Position numbers and translations under genes: made by a program
Source of the DNA: Octopus sinensis
Taxonomy: Eukaryota
Direction of reading: 5' to 3'
Assembly: GCF_006345805.1 (NCBI RefSeq)
Contig: NC_043011.1
Location: 66,972,464-67,036,463 of the forward strand
DNA length: 64,000 nucleotides
Shown: one piece after another, positions 14,134-24,974 of the stretch
Numbering within the stretch: position 1 is the first letter of the stretch
Layout: the number at the start of each line of letters is the position of its first letter
Notes under the pieces: generated by a model
Database searches by the model: none
Seen by the model: the letters and a program-made list of their open reading frames with translations, nothing else
Told to the model about the DNA's origin: nothing

Positions 14134-14276
14134 CTCTTCTTCTTCTTCTTCTTTTCTTCTTCTTCTTCTTCTTCTTCTTCTTCTTCTCCTTCTTCTTCTT
14201 CTTCTTCTTCTTCTTCTTCTTCTTCTTCTTCTTCTTTTCTTCTTCTTCTTCTTCTTCTTCTTCTTCTTCTTCTTCT
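14134..14276. repeat. (CTT)n microsatellite
   Basis: ~47 nearly perfect trinucleotide units; source of the poly-E/K/F ORFs in the track. Confidence 0.97.
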
Positions 14277-14789
14277 ATCCCTTCCAAACCTGATTTTGTT
14301 CACTGCTGTTTGAGATTCCGGCATTCAAAAGCTACGAAGTACTTTTGGTCTCATGAATCTTCGTAGTGTTAAATGGAAGGCAAACACCCATGCTCATTCA
14401 TTCGCAGATTGCACATCTACTCACTCTCTGACCCCCAAAAGCATCGCTACATCTTGGCAGCCAGTAGTGGACATTGGCACAAGTATATATTCACACCACG
14501 CTCCGCTCCAGTGCTGAAACTAGCTTCGCATGTACCAGCGCACTTGGCAGATATAATATCATTGGAATCAAAGAAACATTACCTTTGAATTTCGAAGTAT
14601 TAATATAAACATCGAAATTCAAAAAATAGCAGCAGAAATGTTGATCATTCAGGAGCAAAAGTCAATACCAAAGTGATCATGTCATTCGACGAACGGCTGT
14701 GTCTCATATCGTGGAGATTTGATAGATGAAGATATTTTACCTGTCACAGGTCGAATTGTACCGTGCACTGCTTCGCATAACATGATGTA

Positions 14790-14835
<46 letters not shown>

Positions 14836-14909
14836 TTTGGCGCGAATGTTTTTTATACGGTGCCGTTTTTGCAATATAAATAATAATAATAGTATTTTTA
14901 CATAAACGT

Positions 14910-15055
14910 AAAGCCTATGGCGATATTCGCGCAATGACTAAGGAAAATAGTGTAATAAAGGGGCATATAAACCCTCGACAGAAACAAAGAAGGCTTATAT
15001 GACCCTTTATCAGACTATTGTCCTTAGTCATTGTACCTTAATCGCCATAAGCTTT
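14910..15055. repeat. Imperfect foldback, MITE-like (~65-bp arms)
   Basis: AAAGCCTATGGCGAT...CAATGACTAAGGAAAATAGT...TAAAGGGGCATATAAACC is mirrored by GGCTTATATGACCCTTTA...ACTATTGTCCTTAGTCATTG...ATCGCCATAAGCTTT. Confidence 0.85.
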
Positions 15056-15131
15056 AAGCTTATATGAAAATAATATATATATATATATTCATATATATAC
15101 ATATATACGTGTGTGTATACGTGTATATATA

Positions 15132-15164
<33 letters not shown>

Positions 15165-15504
15165 AGTTTTCAATTGATATTTTCGTTCCCGATATCTCAT
15201 CGTTCGACCATTTGTATTGAAAATAAACCCAAATCTGTAGCTATTATTGATTATAATCCTGAACGTCAAACAGTCAGGATAATATTAAGTAAGTTCTCCT
15301 GTTTTCCTATCACACGGGATTACATTAATTTGTTGATTATTTTCATTGGAATGTTTTATGTAATTCTATTGGGAACTTTGAAATTCCGTCTATGAAGTAT
15401 CTTTAAATGGCGTGCACGTTTTCATGCTTAGCAAAGAGTGACATCAAAGACGATTTTCCAGTTTATTGTCAAAATATAAAAATAATACGCATGGAAATAC
15501 TTAC

Positions 15505-15764
15505 AGCAATATATAGATTCCCGGGATTCTGCCATTGTATTTGTCGCCCAATTTCCAGAGAATTCGTGAATAAGAGATAACCTGGAAAACAGTTTGTCAG
15601 AAAGTGAAGAAAAGTGAATTTTGCTTTAATTGTTGGAGACTTTCTTCAGTTATGAGAAAGAATTTCTGTTCAAACTTCCATATCTCATCATTCATTTTGG
15701 CTACGAAAATACCCAGGCGAATACCTTCAACTTGTAACAATTTGTTTTCGCAGAGTATAACAAG
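15505..15764 (-). other. Candidate exon or exon remnant of an unidentified minus-strand gene
   Basis: One frame LVILCENKLLQVEGIRLG...FTF*QTVFQVISYSRILWKLGDKYNGRIPGIYIL has a single stop. Internal TTTTCCAG acceptor (exon start 15581) and GTAAGT donor (exon end 15505) define a 77-nt exon. Confidence 0.25.
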
Positions 15765-15940
15765 CTGTATAGGAATGTCGGAAGGCAGTATTATTTATAT
15801 GCATGTATGAATGTTTGTGTATATATATAATATATATATATATATATAAAATATTATTTGAGACAAAACCACTATTTTGCAAAACAAACAAGGAAAGACT
15901 TAATCAATACATAAAATTTAATAAATAGTCAAAAAAACCG

Positions 15941-15983
15941 CCACTACAATCGTTTCTTGTCTTGATCGACAATCTTCAGGTGG
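15941..15983 (-). ncRNA. Minimal type I hammerhead ribozyme (mirror copy)
   Basis: Exact reverse complement of 16030-16072. Confidence 0.85.
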
Positions 15984-16029
15984 ACTTCCAATAATTCAGT
16001 TACAAATTTGTAACTGAATTATTGGAAGT

Positions 16030-16072
16030 CCACCTGAAGATTGTCGATCAAGACAAGAAACGATTGTAGTGG
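16030..16072 (+). ncRNA. Minimal type I hammerhead ribozyme
   Basis: CCAC-CTGAAGA-TTGTC[GATCAA]GACAA-GAA-AC[GATT]GT-A-GTGG: stem I CCAC/GTGG, 5-bp stem II, 2-bp stem III, GUA cleavage triplet. Confidence 0.88.
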
Positions 16073-16249
16073 CGGTTTTTTTGACTATTTATTAAATTTT
16101 ATGTATTGATTAAGTCTTTCCTTGTTTGTTTTGCAAAATAGTGGTTTTGTCTCAAATAATATTTATAATATTTTACTATAAAATTGGATTTAATCCTAAA
16201 TCTGATTTTTTTCCCTGTAAATTTGGATATATTCCCTAATATTTATTAT

Positions 16250-16305
<56 letters not shown>

Positions 16306-17066
16306 ATATATACATGCATATATGGATACAGGACGTCATAAAAAACGTGAACAAATCAGAAATGCGGAGTAGATAAAACAGGGGACAGCTGATGAATGAA
16401 AGGTTCTTTATGTTGCCTGTCTTGTCTCTGTATTTGTTTCTTTCGTTGTTCCTAAAAAAAGTTCGTTTTCCATGCTTTTGTTTTTATGTTTCAGTTTCTC
16501 ATTTTGTTCACGTTTTTTACGTGCTTTACCCATGTGTCCCCCAACGTGTTACAATCACTTCCTCAGTTCATTATTTTCATTTTCATTTCACTCAATGTGA
16601 GAATCTTACGCAGCGCGTCAGTTTTTGCAGTTTACAGACAAATCTAACCCCAGAGATATAACTGAAAAAAATAGACAAATTACAATTATAATCAAAATAC
16701 GAAATACTGATGTAAAGATGTAGACAAACAACAAAAAAATGAGTCAGGCTTACTGCGAATGCTCATTATCACCGATTTTTAAAACAATTAGTATTTGAAA
16801 CCCCACTAATACTATCTGCTTACTTCTTGTAATTTTTGTTTATCATATTGTATATTTTTTATCTCTGCTTTAAAAATAGTCAAACGTATGTAAAAGTCAT
16901 ATGTATGTGTATATATTTTCTTCAGGTTTGCTTTCAGACGACGGTGTTTATACATTTCCCTTGTCTCGAGTTACGGTCACTTACCAGAGTTGAGCTCACC
17001 ATAAAGGAGACGATTTGGCAAGCTCTCCTTTTTCATTCTAATAACATGTCCATTTTAATAACATCC

Positions 17067-17103
<37 letters not shown>

Positions 17104-17149
17104 ATATGAAATAAGAAAATGAAGGAATAGATTTTAATCAATCATCACC

Positions 17150-17625
17150 TACTAGATAATACCAATTCATATAATGTATTAACTAATTATTTAGGAACAT
17201 CCAGATCAAACAGAATAATACAGAATAAAACAGTACACATCAATGAGTAAGATAATACCATAAGAACAATACATATAAATATAAAATGGATCTTACAGCT
17301 GTTTCAGCCTGTAGATAAGAGTATCTCATTATGCTCATATTAGTCACATATATTAAGGTTATAAATGAGTTACTTATATATATATCTCAAGTCTTCGCAG
17401 AGATTATAAAGTACAGTTATAGATGTATAAAATTATGGAGGTATAAAATGAAGATATAAAGTGCAAATATGAATATTAGAGAATGTACCCATATACAAAA
17501 ATAAGTATATATACATACATACATATACATATAAGTGTATATACACCTGCATGGTACTTTACTGGCAGTATATTGAATAAATGTTATCCCATAGTCGGTT
17601 ACACGCACAATCCCTATCTCACTTT
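17150..17625 (-). mobile_element. Penelope pseudo-LTR fragment (family B) with degenerate HHR at 17290-17407
   Basis: Homologous to 35400-35830 and, inverted, to 35190-35280. Minus strand has GAAAC-AGCT-GTA-AGAT, but the core reads CTGCGAAGA. Confidence 0.7.
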
Positions 17626-17650
17626 GTATATATATATATATATATATATA

Positions 17651-18008
17651 TTTATAAAATTTATGAATAAATGAAAGAATGAAGTTGAATGACAAATTAA
17701 CAAATTTCCTTTATTTTCGACATATGTTTCGAAGGCTGCATATTCCTAATTGTGAAGGAATAAGGAGTACATTATGCCGCTTTCTCATCAGGAGCTATGC
17801 GCTCCGTGAGAGCAGTCATCTAAAAGCTTTTGTGAATCTTGATATTGACATAAATTCCTTGTATTTCCTGATGAGAAAGCGGCATAATGTACTCCTTATT
17901 CCTTCACAATTAGGAATATGCAGCCTTCGAAACATATGTCGAAAATAAAGGAAAATTGTTAATTTGTCGTTCAACTCCATTCTTTCATTTATTCATAAAT
18001 TTTATAAA
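17651..18008. repeat. Inverted repeat, 143-bp arms (17651-17793 / 17866-18008) with a 72-bp spacer; Penelope pseudo-LTR family A
   Basis: Arms differ at about 3 positions; each carries CTGATGA...GAAACATATGTC. Confidence 0.93.
17857..17951 (+). ncRNA. Type I hammerhead ribozyme with extended stem II
   Basis: TTTC-CTGATGA(17868)-GAAAGCGGCATA...TATGCAGCCTTC-GAA-AC[ATAT]GT-C(17940)-GAAA. Stem III ACATATGT is palindromic and the triplet is GUC. Confidence 0.85.
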
Positions 18009-18161
18009 AATACACAAAAATTTCCACACGAAAACACGTAGTATCTGCCCTAGGCACGTAACTTCAACCGTTTTATTTCTTATGTGAATTTACTACCCAG
18101 GTATCGGTTAAACGAATTATCCATAAAAAGATATTTCCTTTTTCTACTCAATATATATATA

Positions 18162-18194
<33 letters not shown>

Positions 18195-19379
18195 CATACA
18201 TACATACACACATTCATACATACATATATACATGCATATATATATATATATATGTATATATGTATATATATTTACACTATCTTCTACGTTGCTTGGACCT
18301 AGTCTATATTGATATTAACATGTATATGTCCCTATATAAGTATGTATGTTGTTATATTCTAGTAATAATGCATGTAAAAGTGAATAGGTGTGCTTACATA
18401 AATAGATACGTATATATTTTCATTTTTGTTTACATTCATTTCTTCACTCTTTAAAAATAGTAAGTATATATGAAACACGCGTATATCCATGGAGAAATAG
18501 ATGTATGCATGCTCATATATTTTATATTTTACTTTAATATATTGTTTCCTTTCCTGGTTTCGTATTTGTAAGAGGCTATGTAAGAGGTGTATATGTGTGA
18601 TAAATATAAATAGATACTTGTGTGTATCACACTACATTGTATGTATACACACTACTCTGCATATAAGCAAAAAAATATTAAGAATATATGAGGGAGTGCA
18701 GGAAAGTTCCCGGTTGTGTCTATAAGAAAATACAGGAGTATCAGTAATGAAGCTGTTCTTTTTTGTTTAGTTATTTTATGCTTGCGGGAGACATCGTTGT
18801 ATAACTACTTCAAAATAACAAACATATATACGTGAAGCGGCATAATATATATTTATATACTTGAATATGTGTGCGCAATAGTTGTGACTACTCATGCGCT
18901 GTTCTGTAAATAGAAGATAAACACGGTTATTCAAGAATTCATATCATCCCAGCTTCAATGGGATTTAGATAAAATATTTAATTTTGCAAGTTTTAATACA
19001 TTAGTACTTACATTAGTATTTCATTATTCATTAGATTTATGTTTTATAAAATGGTCTCATTGTAAGATACATTAATAAATAAGGGATATGGGTTGGAGTA
19101 CATTGCAGGGTTATTGACAATTATTGCCGCTTTGTAAGGGTAATTAATTTACCTAATATTTCTGTTGTTCTAACTACAGCTCTGCTTTCGAAATAACATG
19201 TCATCTAATTTGTATCGTTCCATACACATTTGGAAACATATAAAAACAACTTTTAATTAGTTTGTTTATAAATGTGAGTTTGTGTATATATAGAGAAATA
19301 TACGAGTTTGTGCGTGTGTTTATACACGCACACATATATATTTATATGCATATTTATGTGTGTGTGTGTGTTTGTTTGT

Positions 19380-19670
19380 CTTTGGTGCTGTGCGGTTAGT
19401 CCTCATATCAAATGGATTTCTAAATATGTCACCGACTTTGATTTCTCCTTCAAATTCCATTTCCCATCATTTCCGTTTTCTGATTCGATGCAGCTTTGTT
19501 TTACGTTCATCTGACAAGAAACATTCTTTTTTAATACGTGACGTTCTTTTCAAATCTCCATTTGTATAAATGTATTTGTATTTATCTAAATTCCACATGA
19601 GATTTGCTTGTCTTATCCTTAAGGTATAAACTTTTGTTGGTCTTTTGTTTTGAAAATCCATAGAAAACTA
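19380..19670 (-). other. Candidate coding remnant, purine-rich frame with one internal stop
   Basis: MDFQNKRPTKVYTLRIRQ...HRIRKRK*WEMEFEGEIKVGDIFRNPFDMR; no family recognised. Confidence 0.2.
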
Positions 19671-19993
19671 TCAGTTAAATATATCTGTGGTTAGTTGTTG
19701 AAGAGCTTACAGCATATTGAAAATCTTTGCTTGGCTTTTGTTTGTGTTATAATTTCCTTGTGTAAATTATATAATCTAGAAGAAAATAGATAGGGTTTAC
19801 CGGCTAAACTTTTTATTTAAATTATCTTTTAGATTTCTGGTGAGTTACCACTGCAACTGAAGTGCTTAGAGCTTGTACCTTATATTTATTCTCCATATTA
19901 CGTACCGATTATTCGTTCTAACGCACACTCGCACATGCACATATACGCACATACTCTCACACACACACACACACACACCACACACACACATAT

Positions 19994-20039
<46 letters not shown>

Positions 20040-20172
20040 ATATGTATACGAATTAAATACATTGTATTACTTTATACAATTCTTTTTATGTAATATACAA
20101 GAAAATAATTCCACTTTATGAATACAAGGAAATACGTAATAAAACAGCAAGACACACTACTCTTTTCCTTTT

Positions 20173-20820
20173 TCAAAAACAAATTATTCTCCTATATAAT
20201 ACAGGACCATTACACAAGCTTGAATGGTGACAGAATGTATTTTTTCCCATTTCCTTCATAGGTAGTATCCTATATGTTTTGCTCATCTGCTCAACTACAT
20301 TGCTCATAAGTTTTGCAAAATTTTCCCCTTCACATTTATGTGTATCACAAATTGTTATGCAACCTGTAATACAGCATCGCATTTATGTATGTATGTATGT
20401 ATGTATGTATGTATGTACGTATGTATGTATGTATGTATGTATGTATGTATGTATGTATGTATGTATGTATGTATGTATGTATGCCATTATTCAGTTTTAT
20501 TTCAAGATTTCTTGCTAAAAGAGAAAGAGCCTGTTTCTAAACGAGATCAAAGATCCCTTCACTGGAGTTTCAACCTCAAAAACAGAGTTTCTTTTATACG
20601 TAAATATTTACATGTTTTGTTCTATGTATGCTTTCTCATGCATATATTTTCATGTATAGACATGCTCATATATACTTAAATATTAAACCTCTGGAAAAGT
20701 TTACAGATTTTTCAGTTCCACTTATTCCTTGGATCTGAAGTCTTCGAATCAGCGTTATCTTTTCTGGTACTGAGAAGTCTAATTGTTCAAGATTGGTATT
20801 TAGGCAGTGTCTTACATATC
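20173..20820 (-). CDS. Two candidate spliced exons of an unidentified gene (20820-20689 and 20363-~20190)
   Basis: CTCTAG|GATATG...CAGAG|GTTTAA (132 nt, phase 1-1) joins in frame to ATTACAG|GTTGC (phase 1), giving ...EKSVNFSRGCITICDTHKCEGENFAKLMSNVVEQMSKTYRILP. The 325-nt intron contains (ATGT)n. Confidence 0.3.
20385..20483. repeat. (ATGT)n microsatellite
   Basis: ~24 tetranucleotide units. Confidence 0.95.
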
Positions 20821-22358
20821 CTAGAGCCCAAATAAAGTATGTATGTGTAGATGATATATATATATATCGAAACAATAAAAACAATGATAGCCTGAGAAAT
20901 GTCTGTTATGTAACACAGGTGTGCATCTAGCAGTTTTGGTTGCTGAATTAGGTTCCCACTTCGAGACCAATCAATTCTACGGTAATAACTCCTCATCTCA
21001 AATATTCTGTTACTGTAAATAATGGAAATTACACAAACACGTTGTCAGGCCCACTATCCTAACCTAAAAATTGTCATAGTTAAAAATGTGTTGTCAAATC
21101 GATAATGAATACAATGCAAGCGAGAATAATGCAGATATTTTCAATTTTAAATTTTTTTACCGCCAGTAAAAACCTTCAACCTATGCATTAAAGTTTCGAA
21201 ATATAAGATTCCATATTTAATCATTTGGATTGCTATGCTTAGACACATTATCCTATTTTCAGTTTTGACCTGGATCCACCATTCTTATTCTGGGACGAAG
21301 AAGTTTAATTGCCCCAGATTTCGCGACAATCACCCATGTCGGAAAATGTCAAGCCACCACTATTATTCGAGAGTTAGCTTACCTCGAACGTAATTGATAT
21401 TCTATATCTCAATGATTACTTTGAAAACATTATACAAACAGCTTAAAAATTAGGCAGGTGTTTTCAACCAGTAACACCCCAAAATATTATCAATGGTACT
21501 AAGTGTGTCACAATAAAATAAAGCCATAACCCAACATGCAATTTGGTTATCAATTTATCGTTTACTGGTGTTCATTTAACTTACATTCATCTTCCTGAAA
21601 TACCCTGAAACGAAGCTTTTGTTTCAAAGTGTTGACATATGTTTGTAGTTTAATTATACTGAAATGTTGTCTGCTAAATTATTATTGTCAGACTTAGAGA
21701 GGCATTACTACTCGACGAAATTAATACGGTAAACACCAGGGTTAACCTCCCAAAGGGATTTTATCAGATATATATGTATATATTAACCGGCCTCTTCTTA
21801 GTTCAAAATCCCATGGCTTTATTCATATCGATCCTCTTATTTAGATGAATTCTTCAGCTGAGATTCCTCCTGCATTCGATGATACTTGAGATGACTTTAA
21901 TGTAAATATTGAAGAGGAAAGGCACTTCGTAGAATCTTTTCAGGTGGCTTTGAATATATAGTATGCTATTGCTGGCGATACTTTCAATAGGTATTATAAT
22001 ATTAATGACAATATTTACAACAATTCAGTGAATGACATTTGTATTGCTTTCTAATGCTGAAGCGGTTAAGTTGTATTGGAATGGATAGTGAAGCTTTATT
22101 TTGTATCCTCATTCGCACGTACAGTGAAGCCAGTTGAGATTTAAGAGTAACCCCAACTTTTCTTTTCCATTGAATTAATCTTCTTTTCATTTACTTTACT
22201 CATGTAATGTCTCTGTCATAAAATTCAGAACTGTAATTATATATGTAAACATATATATATATTCAAATTCTGTCAAATGATGTAATGTAATATGCATGTA
22301 CGAGAGGTGCTCGGCTTGGTTTACCATTAAAACACCAGCTTAGACTGCAACTAAAATA

Positions 22359-22923
22359 TTGGGTTGTCCGGAAATTCGTGCCGATTTATAGTAGCTTACA
22401 TTTCGACTTATTTTAGAACATGGTTGAGTGCATAAAATAGGATTTGACTAGGCCTCCGTTTAGAGCACAGTTTAAGTTATCTATTCATGGAGGAAGAGTT
22501 ATGTTCCTATAACCTGTGTTAATTCTGTAACCCTTTAAAATGGGAGATAAGAAAGTTCATTTTCGGCACTTGATGCTTTGGGAACCAGATAAAAATTGCT
22601 GCAGCTCGGCTGTGACGTGTTACCCCACCCTCCATATCCACGAGATATTGCTCCTTCGGATTTCCACTTATTCAGGTCTCTGCAGAATAGTCTTAATGGT
22701 AAAAATTTCAATTTCTTGGATGATGCAAAAAGATACCTTGATAAATTATTTGCCATGAAATCGCACCAATTCTGGGAAGAGGGTATTTTCAAGTTAAAGG
22801 AAAGATGGAAACGCATTGTGCAATAAAATGGTTCATATTTGGTTGATTAAAAATGTAATGGCAAGTATTTATTGACCTTTTTCTTTCCTTTAAAAATCGG
22901 CACGAACTTTTCAGACAACCCAG
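22359..22923 (+). mobile_element. Internally deleted mariner (565 bp, non-autonomous)
   Basis: TIRs TTGGGTTGTCCGGAAATTCGTGCCGATTT / AAATCGGCACGAACTTTTCAGACAACCCAG with TA flanks. N-terminal MGDKKVHFRHLMLWE is fused to C-terminal LPHPPYPRDIAPSDFHLFRSLQNSL. Confidence 0.95.
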
Positions 22924-23059
22924 TATATCCGCCTAAGAAAATCGTTCGTCATTGAGAGGACTGATAGACATGGCGTGAAAGGTATTTGACGTCACGTGTT
23001 CATCTTACTATAGCAGCATATTTATCAACTTAATATTTTCTATATTTCAGAATTATCAA

Positions 23060-23290
23060 TGGCAGAGCCTATGATTAGAAAGATATGAAGAGGCACGCTG
23101 TCATTGTGGTTATAAAGGCTGATCAAGGCAATTTAGAAATAGCACGATTTTTAAAAGTATCTACATCCTTCGTTTACAAAATCCGCAAGGAGATAGAAAC
23201 CAAAGACATAAATGTATGGCCAGTATCAAAACGTAAGAAGCATTACAAACGCACAAATAGTATTAGAACAGCAGAACACCGGTTTAACAC
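23060..23290 (+). mobile_element. N-terminal fragment of a Tc1/mariner-superfamily (probably DD37D-like) transposase
   Basis: MKRHAVIVVIKADQGNLEIARFLKVSTSFVYKIRKEIE is an HTH-like start; no TIR pair seen. Confidence 0.55.
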
Positions 23291-24974
23291 CATATTGATT
23301 AATATACCTGTAATTCGTTAATGTGTGATAGTATTAGTGTTAACACTTATCAAGTTCCAGTTGTATTTATAGATGTTTTCATCCGTCCTATATAGGAGAA
23401 CAGAATTTTAATAATAAAATATAAGGAAAAGGGAGAGTTTGATCACAGACAAAAAATCCATTTATTTATATAATAGTCCAATTTCCTATCGCCTACGTAC
23501 GTTTCAATTTCTTACTTTCATTCATATTTTACAATAAAGGTTGCATTATGCATTGAAAATGTAAGAAGAAATCTCTTCAGGGAAAAATTCACAAAATACT
23601 CGTGCATATACTAATGGTTGGAGTTTTGCTTAACGACTGAAATCGCAGCATGCTTGAGCGCGCGTGTGTGTTAGAATGAATTATAGTGTTAAAACAGCAG
23701 AGGCTTTGTGTCTGTTGCATGAATAATTAGTATTACTACAGCAGAAGCGAATTTTGATTGAGTCCTTCCCTGTAAATAGAAGCTAAATACCGTCCTCTTC
23801 CTCTTTTATGATATATAAATATATAATGAAATTATTGTATACAGTGATTCACTCACTAGACTGTAGAATTTTTGTCGAACTAATCGCCCCCAGGGCTTAT
23901 TATATCTTGTCTTGAACTGTTACGTTACGAGGATGTAAACACACCAACACCGACTGCCAAGTGTTGGTGTACGTAAAACACTGACGTGAATTCACAAAGC
24001 CCCAAATCATAATTGCTTGAAATGAAAGACATAATTTTAGGAAAACAAATCCACCGATGAAAGTAATTTCATGTGATGAAAGTGTGCGACTACAGCAGTC
24101 GGTTGCATCGATTGCGTATTCGGCCGCCGAGGCAACGCTTCTATAATGAAATATAAGTATTTCATATTTGTGAAACCAATGGTGGAATAACTGCACAATA
24201 AAACAGATATATATCGGAGCAGCATAATATTTATTTATATATGTATGAGCAATATATACAATCGCACTAAAAAATAGTCAAAATAGCAGAAAATAGCAGA
24301 ATAAAATATGGTTATTCAAAAATCTGTAACGAGGAGGCTTTAATATAAATAAAACCACTTTATTTTGTTTCTCCTTCTATTTTAATTACAACGCGATTAG
24401 CAACCGCGTTTACCACACCAATGTAAAACTATTATATTATACATTTTTTATGGATTCTACTTGTTTCAATCATTTTTGCTGCCATGCGAGCGCACAGCCT
24501 TGAAAGCATTTAGTTTAACAAATTGCCCTTACTACTTCATATTGTAATGTGTACTTATGCCTTGCACATTTCCCTAACCGCTAGTTTGTGGCGACGTAAA
24601 CAATCCGAAAACAAAATGGCTACGTGATAGGGTTGGACAAATACACACACGAACAAACACGTATCTAAAGAGAGATTAGTTCATTTCGAAAATTGTTGTA
24701 ACCGGTAGTTAGAAAGCATCAATCATCTACACGGCTGGTATAGATGGCGTAAAGCGATAGACACTCGTTCGATAAAGGTTATTTAACCAAGTATGTTATG
24801 GAACTTGTCACATATCTAATTAGATTGGGATTTCGATAAGACAACCACCACTTAAGAAGTCGTGGTTTAGCAAAGGAGATTGATAATTATTCAATCATAA
24901 ATGAAAGGGTGCAGGGAATTGAGAAGAAAATGTGCATTACCTACGTTTCCAAAACCAATTTGAATGTGTTTTTT

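Larger units (their letters stand above)
15849..16164. repeat. Perfect 316-bp palindrome without spacer (two inverted Penelope pseudo-LTR fragments)
   Basis: Centre CAGTTACAAA|TTTGTAACTG at 16006/16007; no mismatch found between the arms out to 15849/16164. Confidence 0.97.

Noticed and set aside
14586-14626. 12-bp hairpin TTTGAATTTCGA/TCGAAATTCAAA
   Set aside because: Short, AT-rich and not extendable; compatible with chance.
23930-23975. TGTAAACAC plus a 10-bp hairpin, resembling miR-30
   Set aside because: The stem is too short for a pre-miRNA, similarity is limited to the seed, and miR-30 is not expected in molluscs.
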